Below are positions 1 to 6,175 of a stretch of DNA of 64,000 nucleotides, in pieces. The DNA lies in the sequence record MT710307.1; one strand, 5' to 3'. A model generated the notes under the pieces. The model was not told the origin of the DNA. It saw only the letters and a program-made list of their open reading frames with translations, and searched no databases. How positions within the stretch are numbered: position 1 is the first letter of the stretch; each line of letters begins with the position of its first letter. The position numbers and the translations under genes are program-made.

Positions 1-474
1 ATGACCACGATTGCGTACGACGGGAAAACGCTGGCGTCTGATAGCCAGACAACCCAAGACGGTATTCGCCTGTCGAACTCTGCGATGAAAATCTTTTCAG
101 CCACACATCGTGACTGGGCAGTCGAGGGGAAGCGCATTGTCGCTTTCGGCGTAGCCGGTAATCTCCACGCCGCTAACGACCTCCGCAACGCAATGGAAAC
201 GTTCGCTGGCCACAAAGCCGGTGACCCGTTTGCCAAAGGCGTGACGTTCGCGTTTATCGCCATTGCCGAAGACCACACCGTGTTTGTTGGCGGGAAGTAT
301 TCCGATGACGACCGTTCGTGGGTTGTCGAAGCACAAGCACCGGTTGCTGTTGGCAGTGGCGGTGATTTCGCCATAGGTGCCATGGCCGCAGGGGCCAAAG
401 CCGAAGACGCTGTGAGGATTGCATCGAAGTTCGATGTGAACACCAACGATTCGGTTACCTCCATCGATTGTTAG
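1..474 (+). CDS. HslV/proteasome-beta-like Ntn hydrolase (threonine peptidase)
   Basis: Begins M-T-T-I-A (Thr nucleophile after Met removal), followed by DSQ, a Lys in MKIF, and VGSGGDFAIGAM, matching HslV/beta-subunit motifs. Start lies at the window edge. Confidence 0.75.
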   Translation: MTTIAYDGKTLASDSQTTQDGIRLSNSAMKIFSATHRDWAVEGKRIVAFGVAGNLHAANDLRNAMETFAGHKAGDPFAKGVTFAFIAIAEDHTVFVGGKYSDDDRSWVVEAQAPVAVGSGGDFAIGAMAAGAKAEDAVRIASKFDVNTNDSVTSIDC

Positions 475-486
475 GGAGTTTCACAG

Positions 487-825
487 ATGTCTTTTCAGGA
501 TAAACCGCTGATGGTGATTTACAACAAGCGATACACGCTTGATGAAATCGTCGCTGCACTCGGCAACGAACGCATTCCAAAAATCTCGATTCTGAAGGAT
601 GCTATTGACAACGTTCAGATTCACCAATGGGATGGGTCTAACCACTGTACCGTAGCCGTCGTTACCACCCGCGGTCATGTCTGCACGATGGACACATGGC
701 AAGAACCTAACGCAGAAAACCTGTACAGGGTTCTGAATGGTGCGTTGGAACACGCGTTGAAGAATGCAGCTCGGGCGTGGCTCGGTTCGCAAATCAACGG
801 TCTGTCCGACAACGTAGCGTTCTAA
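487..825 (+). CDS. hypothetical protein
   Basis: 112-aa ORF, GGGAG RBS upstream, directly follows the previous gene. Confidence 0.7.
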   Translation: MSFQDKPLMVIYNKRYTLDEIVAALGNERIPKISILKDAIDNVQIHQWDGSNHCTVAVVTTRGHVCTMDTWQEPNAENLYRVLNGALEHALKNAARAWLGSQINGLSDNVAF

Positions 826-833
826 AAAAGTCT

Positions 834-858
834 AATTACAAGAATACCTTGTGATATG
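834..858 (+). promoter_or_regulatory. putative phage promoter AATTAC-N15-TATG
   Basis: AATTAC 834-839 and TATG 855-858; same spacing as 4389-4413. TATG (G at +1) is the phiKZ late consensus. Confidence 0.5.
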
Positions 859-871
859 CTGAGAGGCGCAC

Positions 872-1249
872 ATGAAACTTTTCCACGTTTCTCGTGATTC
901 GTTTGTGAAGCCGGGTGTCGTGGCAACTGCGATTATCTGCGCAGAATCTCACGAACGTGCAATACGCCACTGGCCGCTGATTGACACAGCGATGCAGCTC
1001 GAAGTTGTCGAGATTGCACCCGCTCCAGGAAGTCAGCTACCCGGCGTGTTGGTGTCCACCGAATTTTGGGGACAAGGTCGGCCCGGAAGTTTGTCAACGA
1101 AACACCCAGAGCGAAAAATCTTTATCGTCTGTGTGGAGCGTGGCGAAGAAACAAAACTCAAGGTCACCCCATTAGAGGAATATCGTGGGGCACATCCTGA
1201 CCATGTGTTTTCTGGCATTGACCCGGATACGCAAATGCCAGAGATGTAG
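872..1249 (+). CDS. hypothetical protein (N-terminus similar to 1395..1616)
   Basis: 125-aa ORF with GAGAGG RBS; MKLFHVSR...IICAESHERAI. Confidence 0.7.
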   Translation: MKLFHVSRDSFVKPGVVATAIICAESHERAIRHWPLIDTAMQLEVVEIAPAPGSQLPGVLVSTEFWGQGRPGSLSTKHPERKIFIVCVERGEETKLKVTPLEEYRGAHPDHVFSGIDPDTQMPEM

Positions 1250-1255
1250 AATTTT

Positions 1256-1331
1256 GGGGGTATAGTTCAATTGGCAGAATGTCGGTCTCCAAAACCGAAG
1301 GTTCGAGGTTCGAGACCTCGTGCCCCCGCCA
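1256..1331 (+). tRNA. trnW: tRNA-Trp(CCA)
   Basis: Cloverleaf: GGGGGTA/TGCCCCC acceptor, loop CT-CCA-AA, TTCGAGA T-loop, encoded CCA. Confidence 0.95.
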
Positions 1332-1394
1332 AATTTAGCCAACAGGAATGTGAGAAACCGCGGAAGACCAAATAGTCAATCGCTGGAGAATCTC

Positions 1395-1616
1395 ATGAAC
1401 CTGTATTTGCTAGAACGTCAAGACGATGTCGGTTACGACGAGTTTGATTCCATAGTCGTTGCAGCTCCTTCGGAGGGTGTAGCGCGCGCAATTCGTCCAA
1501 GGGGTGGTTGGGTTTACGGTGAGGCATGGGATGAAGCGGAAACGCTGACCTGCACAAACATCGGAACCACACACCTCCCAATCGGGATTGTTCATGAATC
1601 GTTCAACGCAGGCTGA
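1395..1616 (+). CDS. small hypothetical protein
   Basis: GGAG RBS then ATG at 1395 (MNLYLLERQDDVGYDEFDSIVVAAPSE...), in frame with the listed 1320..1616 ORF. Confidence 0.75.
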   Translation: MNLYLLERQDDVGYDEFDSIVVAAPSEGVARAIRPRGGWVYGEAWDEAETLTCTNIGTTHLPIGIVHESFNAG

Positions 1617-1621
1617 ATACC

Positions 1622-1639
1622 GGTGGGCTTCGGCCCACC
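1622..1639 (+). other. C(UUCG)G hairpin between CDS and tRNA-Cys (processing or termination signal)
   Basis: GGTGGGC-TTCG-GCCCACC; no U-tract. Confidence 0.5.
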
Positions 1640-1646
1640 ACACCTT

Positions 1647-1720
1647 GGGGCGCTGGCCGAGTGGTTAGGCGCTGGATTGCAAATCCTGTTACCGCGGTTC
1701 GATTCCGCGGCGTCCCTCCA
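1647..1720 (+). tRNA. trnC: tRNA-Cys(GCA)
   Basis: GGGGCGC/GCGTCCC acceptor, loop TT-GCA-AA, U73 discriminator, encoded CCA. Confidence 0.93.
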
Positions 1721-1860
1721 AATCTTCTGTCTCGCCCGACAGATATACTTTACAAAAAAACCCGTAGAGCCTTTCGGGGGTGAAGCTAGTTGGAGTGGTT
1801 GTTCACTCTACGGTCTTCTACTCCTGGGCGCTGGCTCACCCACCTAAAGGAATTTTTAAA

Positions 1861-2307
1861 ATGGTACTTGGTCTCTTTGGTATTGGCAAGAAAAAAGCAA
1901 AACGCGCTGTTACTGAAATCAAAAAATTCGAAAAGCGTGATCTGGCACAGGCCGTAGTTAACGCTGCTTACCTGGTCGCGTTCGCCGATGGCGAACTGGA
2001 ATCGTCTGAGAAAGTGAAAATCGAACAGGTGCTGCGCACTAACCCGGTGCTGGCGAACTTCACTTCTGAAATCAACACGATCGCTTCTGAAATCATCGGC
2101 AAGCTGGAAACCGACATCCGCATCGGCCGTCGTTCAGCCCTGCGTGAAATCGAAGACGTCAAAGGCGATCAGCGCGAATGCGAAGACGTCATGGACGTAG
2201 CAGTAGCTATCGCACTGGCTGATGGCGAAATCGAGCCGGAAGAAATGAAGGTTCTGGAGCAGATCGCTGGCGTGCTGGGCGTTCGTCTGGAAAATCACCT
2301 GGACTAA
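1861..2307 (+). CDS. terB: TerB-family (tellurite resistance-like) protein
   Basis: AxADGxxxxxE motif twice (AFADGELESSE, ALADGEIEPEE), ending VLEQIAGVLG. AAGGA RBS before ATG 1861. Confidence 0.85.
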   Translation: MVLGLFGIGKKKAKRAVTEIKKFEKRDLAQAVVNAAYLVAFADGELESSEKVKIEQVLRTNPVLANFTSEINTIASEIIGKLETDIRIGRRSALREIEDVKGDQRECEDVMDVAVAIALADGEIEPEEMKVLEQIAGVLGVRLENHLD

Positions 2308-2310
2308 GCC

Positions 2311-2493
2311 ATGAAGCTGAAAACCAAGTTATACATCGGGGCCGCGTTGCTACTGATGCTGCTTGGCAACTTCGTTGGGCGAGCCTTTACGTTAATCGCC
2401 TACGTAGCTGTAATCGGCGTAGTAGCCTATCTGGTCTGGCCTGTCATCAAGAAGTTTGCGGCGAAGTCGCAGGCGAAGGTGAAAGGCAGGTAG
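2311..2493 (+). CDS. small membrane protein
   Basis: 60 aa, two hydrophobic segments flanked by Lys-rich ends. Confidence 0.7.
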   Translation: MKLKTKLYIGAALLLMLLGNFVGRAFTLIAYVAVIGVVAYLVWPVIKKFAAKSQAKVKGR

Positions 2494-2499
2494 TAATTC

Positions 2500-2537
2500 G
2501 GTGCGGGGGTCGTTCCCTCCGCACCACCCTTTTCTTC
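2500..2537 (+). terminator. putative intrinsic terminator/attenuator
   Basis: GGTGCGG...CCGCACC stem followed by a pyrimidine-rich tract. Confidence 0.5.
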
Positions 2538-2559
2538 TCATCTAAAAATAGGTATAACC

Positions 2560-3399
2560 ATGAGAAAGGTGCTTTTCGGAATACTTGCAGCGTTGACGTT
2601 TAGCATGTCCGCCGTAGCGGCTGACGAAGTAGTCATTACCACAGGACAGCAGGGCCTGACCTATAACTCGGTCTATGGCGTTAATCTGGCCGGTGCCATC
2701 AGCGAGTTCGGTACTCGTGCACGGGTCATCCCGTCGAAGGGGTCGTTAGACAACCTCGACAAAGTTGCCGCCGGTGAAGCCCAGATTGGTTTCACGCAGG
2801 CAGACGCTTTCCAGTTCTGGCGTGCTAAGCACCCGAACGAAGCGCAGAACGTTGACATCGTCGGTCAGCTGGCCCGTGAATGTGTATGGGTCGCTGTCAA
2901 GAAAGGCGGCAAAGTCAAAGATGCGAAAGATTTAACCGATGGCGTGAAAATCGCAGTCGGTGAACCGGACTCTGGCTCATACGCCAGTTGGCAATACCTG
3001 CAACAGTTGGTGAAAGAGTATTCCAAAGCGGAAACTTACGCCAAGGGCGGTATCCGTTCGTTGTCCAAAGTGGCAACGGGTGAATACGACGCTTTCCTGT
3101 GGGTATCTGCGCCGGATAAAAGCAACAAATTCCTCGAAGCGGTCAATCAAGACAGTTCTGGTTTAGAGCTGATTGACATGAGCACATGGAACGTCAACGA
3201 CAAACTGCCTAACGGTCAGTCTGTTTACACGAAAGAAACGGCCAAGACAGACAAGACCGCGTTCTTTGGTAAGAAAGTTGATGTCCCCTGCACCACCACA
3301 CTCGTCGTGGCTAACACTGACGCTGGTGATGATCTGCTCGAAACCGTTTCTACCATCCTCCTGAAAAATAACTCACGAGTGATGGGGGACAAAAAATAA
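2560..3399 (+). CDS. TAXI-family TRAP solute-binding-like protein with signal peptide
   Basis: Signal peptide MRKVLFGILAALTFSMSAVA; SKGSLDNLDKV..GEAQIGFTQAD and KIAVGEPDSGS are TAXI-like motifs. Confidence 0.75.
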   Translation: MRKVLFGILAALTFSMSAVAADEVVITTGQQGLTYNSVYGVNLAGAISEFGTRARVIPSKGSLDNLDKVAAGEAQIGFTQADAFQFWRAKHPNEAQNVDIVGQLARECVWVAVKKGGKVKDAKDLTDGVKIAVGEPDSGSYASWQYLQQLVKEYSKAETYAKGGIRSLSKVATGEYDAFLWVSAPDKSNKFLEAVNQDSSGLELIDMSTWNVNDKLPNGQSVYTKETAKTDKTAFFGKKVDVPCTTTLVVANTDAGDDLLETVSTILLKNNSRVMGDKK

Positions 3400-3405
3400 A
3401 AATAT

Positions 3406-4020
3406 GTACTGACCCAGTGCATCTTTTCGGGCTGGGTAGGGTTGATGTCCCTACCTGCGCGGTGTTCGTTAAGGCTGGTAACGTTCGCTAAGACCTATCG
3501 CATACCCGTAAGTCGATAGCAGCCGGTTACACAAAGAACTATCCATTGCGGTAGGTAACCGACCGTTCACGATCTCATTAGGTGAGCAAATAATCTATGC
3601 AAGGACTTCTAGGATTTGTGCTCGACATGATGGGGAGCTTACGCCGCCTCATCAAGCAGTTACGAATCTGGAAGCTTGCCCATTACTGGTTTACAGGCGA
3701 ACTGGCATCTCGTGAGAGGGCCACATGCAAACTGCGTATTTACATTAGTATGTTCACTGCGGTGAGCATAGGTCAAGCACCGGAACGATAAGCCGGACAG
3801 CTACGCCTGTAAAATACAATCTGGAAAATCATAATGGGATTAAGTTCCCAGATTTGAAAAAGTGGCTGTGTGCCACTGTAGGCGCGGTACCTCATACGGC
3901 CGGTACGCCACAAAGGTAATGTGAAAGGGGTTGGTGCTTGGAGGCGCTAAGACCGGCGGATACGCTGGCTCAGAAGAAGAAGTCCATCAACCCCGTTCTC
4001 ACCTGAGTAACACCCTTTAC
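3406..4020 (+). ncRNA. candidate large structured non-coding RNA (~615 nt)
   Basis: No credible ORF; starts at the G of TATG (3403-3406); many hairpins plus long-range helices 3690-3699/3804-3813, 3927-3936/3985-3994 and 3580-3586/3998-4004. Confidence 0.65.
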
Positions 4021-4055
4021 AGCGTGTTGCTTATATATGCGAAAGCGAGGTGAAC

Positions 4056-4382
4056 ATGGGAACGTATCGTGAAGGCCCTGAAAGCACGGTGACTCACCGT
4101 AGTCATGATTACTCTGTGGATGCATTGCTGGATATAGCGGAACGTCATAGCCTCGTTCAAATTCCAGTGTCTAGAATAGAATGGATTTTAAACGAGACTA
4201 CGCTCGACGATGAGCGGGTTAAGAATGCAGATACGGATTATCCAATCATCGTGCTGCACGAAGGAAGTTTGTATATTGTATTAGACGGTGCCCATCGCCT
4301 TGCGAAGGCGGTAGCCGAAGGCAAAGACACCATCGCAGCCAAGATATTGGTGCCTGCGAATCTACCGAAGCCGGTACGATAA
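4056..4382 (+). CDS. ParB/Srx N-terminal-like domain protein
   Basis: YPIIV...IVLDGAHRLAKA is the ParB/sulfiredoxin DGxHR signature; GAGGTG RBS. Confidence 0.75.
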   Translation: MGTYREGPESTVTHRSHDYSVDALLDIAERHSLVQIPVSRIEWILNETTLDDERVKNADTDYPIIVLHEGSLYIVLDGAHRLAKAVAEGKDTIAAKILVPANLPKPVR

Positions 4383-4388
4383 AAGTCT

Positions 4389-4413
4389 AATTACAAGTTT
4401 ACACTGTATTATG
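4389..4413 (+). promoter_or_regulatory. putative promoter of the tRNA/ncRNA array (AATTAC-N15-TATG)
   Basis: AATTAC 4389-4394, TATG 4410-4413; the predicted +1 G is the first base of a long hairpin. Confidence 0.55.
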
Positions 4414-4492
4414 TCGGAAACCCGATTTGATGTTGCACAGGGCGTTACGCTGCGGCGTTTGCCGGTGTGCAGGGTTAGGTCGGGATTCTGGC
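4413..4492 (+). ncRNA. 80-nt rod-like hairpin (leader or small RNA)
   Basis: GTCGGAA/TTCTGGC, CCCGATTTGA/TTAGGTCGGG, TGCACA/TGTGCA and ACGC-TGCG-GCGT nested; many G-U pairs. Confidence 0.5.
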
Positions 4493-4500
4493 ACCTATTC

Positions 4501-4586
4501 GGGGGTGTTCCAGAGCGGGCAAATGGAGCAGACTGTAAATCTGTTGACTTCGGTCTTCGGTGGTTCAAATCCATCCACCCCCACCA
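4501..4586 (+). tRNA. trnY: tRNA-Tyr(GTA)
   Basis: GGGGGTG/CACCCCC acceptor, loop CT-GTA-AA, long variable arm, encoded CCA. Confidence 0.95.
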
Positions 4587-4739
4587 ATTACGAGAACGTC
4601 GGCCTGCGGTTGAGGATTAGTCTCCTTTACTAGCGCCGATGGGATTCCCTCCGTCTGCGGGGAGTAACGTCCGGTCAGGGCGAAGCAATCCTGACCTGAG
4701 TGTGCTGTCGACTACAGCATGCAAGCAGAACCAAACAGT

Positions 4740-4814
4740 TGGGGTATAGCCAAGCGGTAAGGCCCAGGGCTTTGATCCCTGTATGCCTAGGTTCGATTCC
4801 TAGTGCCCCTGCCA
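4740..4814 (+). tRNA. trnQ: tRNA-Gln(TTG)
   Basis: CAGGG-CTTTGAT-CCCTG anticodon arm, TTCGATT T-loop, encoded CCA; U1:U72 mismatch. Confidence 0.92.
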
Positions 4815-4820
4815 CACAAC

Positions 4821-5036
4821 GGTACCTGTCACAGCAGCCCTTGGGCTTACGCGATGATGACTGGCCGCCCATTTCCGGGTAACACATTCCTGCCAGCGTG
4901 CTATTGCCGCGAAGGTTTGTCCCCGGTATCGTGCGTTATTCGGGTCTACCCACGGTCTGCGGACGGTGCGCTGATGTCTCGATATACGCCATAGAGCAGC
5001 CTTGAGAACTCCGTGAGATTCGGAGAGGTACCACCC
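4821..5036 (+). ncRNA. tRNA-ended RNA with a ~180-nt internal body
   Basis: GGTACCT (4821-4827) pairs with AGGTACC (5026-5032), followed by ACC; T-arm-like CTCCG-TGAGATT-CGGAG (5009-5025). Confidence 0.55.
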
Positions 5037-5113
5037 ATTCTTGTGTTTCCTTATCCTGAAGACATTCTTAAGACAAATCTATTTTATGGTCGAGGAAGCA
5101 CAGAACCCATTTT

Positions 5114-5188
5114 AGGACTGTAGTTCAGTGGGAGAACGCCGCCCTGTCACGGCGGAGGTCGCGGGTTCGAAACCCGTCAGTCCTGCCA
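5114..5188 (+). tRNA. trnD: tRNA-Asp(GTC)
   Basis: AGGACTG/CAGTCCT acceptor, loop CT-GTC-AC, G73, encoded CCA. Confidence 0.95.
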
Positions 5189-5196
5189 TTTTCAGT

Positions 5197-5272
5197 TGCG
5201 TCTTAGCTCAGTTGGTAGAGCGCACCCCTGATAAGGGTGAGGTCACTGGTTCAAGTCCAGTAGATGCAACCA
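5197..5272 (+). tRNA. trnI: tRNA-Ile(GAT)
   Basis: CACCC-CTGATAA-GGGTG anticodon arm, encoded CCA. Confidence 0.95.
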
Positions 5273-5279
5273 GTATTGC

Positions 5280-5356
5280 ATTCCCGTCATCTAGTTGGTC
5301 CAGGATACGACACTTTCACTGTCGGTACACGAGTTCAAATCTCGTCGGGAATACCA
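5280..5356 (+). tRNA. trnE: tRNA-Glu(TTC)
   Basis: ATTCCCG/CGGGAAT acceptor, loop CT-TTC-AC, encoded CCA. Confidence 0.93.
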
Positions 5357-5361
5357 TTTGT

Positions 5362-5452
5362 AGAGAATTGACTGAGATGGCTTAAGGTGCTCCCCTGCTA
5401 AGGGAGTGTATGCGTAAGTGTACCATTGGTTCGAATCCAATATTCTCTGCCA
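5362..5452 (+). tRNA. trnS: tRNA-Ser(GCT)
   Basis: AGAGAAT/ATTCTCT acceptor, loop CT-GCT-AA, long variable arm, G73, encoded CCA. Confidence 0.93.
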
Positions 5453-5458
5453 CATTGC

Positions 5459-5561
5459 GCCGGTGTAAGGAAGTGGCCAAACCTAAGTAGGTCGTGAGGT
5501 AAAAGCTCACCACTGAACACCCTAAGGGTTCCTGAGGTTCGAGTCCTCAGTACCGGCACCA
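5459..5561 (+). ncRNA. tRNA-like RNA (Leu-type body) with an elongated anticodon arm
   Basis: GCCGGTG/TACCGGC acceptor, A73, CCA, TTCGAGT T-loop, long variable arm; anticodon loop replaced by a 20-nt bulged hairpin. Confidence 0.7.
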
Positions 5562-5566
5562 TGTTC

Positions 5567-5734
5567 TCTTGCTGTGGGAAATAGAAGCGAACGTAGAAAC
5601 GCCGGTTAGCTCAAAGCTTAGAGCGTCTTATCTTCGGATGAGAAGGTTGGGGGCGCAACCCGAAATCCCTATCGGCAACGGCCTGCTTGTCAGGATTAGA
5701 AACATCTACGTGGATGGGTACTTCTACAGCAAGA
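5567..5734 (+). ncRNA. nested-helix RNA containing a tRNA-like domain capped by UUCG
   Basis: 13-bp outer helix 5567-5579/5722-5734; inner ACGTAGA/TCTACGT; tRNA-like core 5601-5677 with a GCTC/GAGC D-stem. Confidence 0.55.
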
Positions 5735-5941
5735 ACAAAACAGTGGGAGCATTGTCCACAGCGACACCGGCAAAGGTTTCGGCCTTGCGGGTTGGGCGGA
5801 AGCCCGATGTTCCCCCGAACGCTGGCCTTCTGGCCAATACAGTGAAAGCTTACCCTTGCCGTTGATCACCTCTTCTGCTGCTGCCAACACACTGTATAGC
5901 TGGAATCAGTCCTGCCTTAAATGGCAAGCGTTCACCCTTTC

Positions 5942-6019
5942 GGTTCCCCAAGGCGGCTTGGGAAGTTACCTTCTGGCTCTATTAGGTAACGGTGTGGTTC
6001 AACTCCACGGGAATCACCA
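5942..6019 (+). ncRNA. atypical tRNA-like RNA with a 12-nt anticodon-position loop
   Basis: GGTTCCC/GGGAATC acceptor, A73, CCA, GTGG-TTCAACT-CCAC T-arm, GTTACCT/AGGTAAC stem with a 12-nt loop. Confidence 0.65.
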
Positions 6020-6025
6020 AACAAT

Positions 6026-6102
6026 GGCTCCGTAGCTCAGTTGGTAGAGCCCACTTCCCCGGCGGAAGTTAGGCGTCACAGGTTCGAGTCCTGTCGGAGC
6101 AA
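6026..6102 (+). pseudogene. tRNA-like element with a non-canonical anticodon loop, no encoded CCA
   Basis: Canonical D-arm (AGCTCAGTTGGTAGAGC) and T-arm (ACAGG-TTCGAGT-CCTGT); ACTTCC-CCGGC-GGAAGT lacks U33 and purine 37. Confidence 0.65.
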
Positions 6103-6103
6103 G

Positions 6104-6175
6104 AGCACTGCTGTTAAGTTGGTTAACACCCGACTCATAATCGGATATTCGCACGTTCGATTCGTGCCAGTGCTC
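6104..6175 (+). tRNA. tRNA-Met/Ile2(CAT), atypical
   Basis: CCGA-CTCATAA-TCGG anticodon arm, GCACG-TTCGATT-CGTGC T-arm; acceptor extendable to 8 bp (G6103-C6175); CCA not encoded. Confidence 0.8.

Noticed and set aside
3597-3791. 64-aa ORF inside the large RNA region
   Set aside because: No RBS, no recognisable motif, and it overlaps strong RNA helices.
3406-4020. Group I or II intron interpretation of the large RNA
   Set aside because: It does not interrupt a gene (the upstream ORF ends cleanly and the downstream one has its own RBS), and I could not find P7/R-S or domain V signatures by eye. A covariance-model search is still needed.
4821-5036. Canonical tmRNA (ssrA)
   Set aside because: Much shorter than typical tmRNA, no G3:U70 pair, no tag-like reading frame. 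Kept only as a tRNA-ended RNA.
5972-5983. Amber suppressor or pyrrolysine tRNA
   Set aside because: CTA lies in a 12-nt loop with U at 37. Genes in the window use TAG as a normal stop (e.g. ORFs ending 474, 1249, 2493), and no pyl genes are seen.
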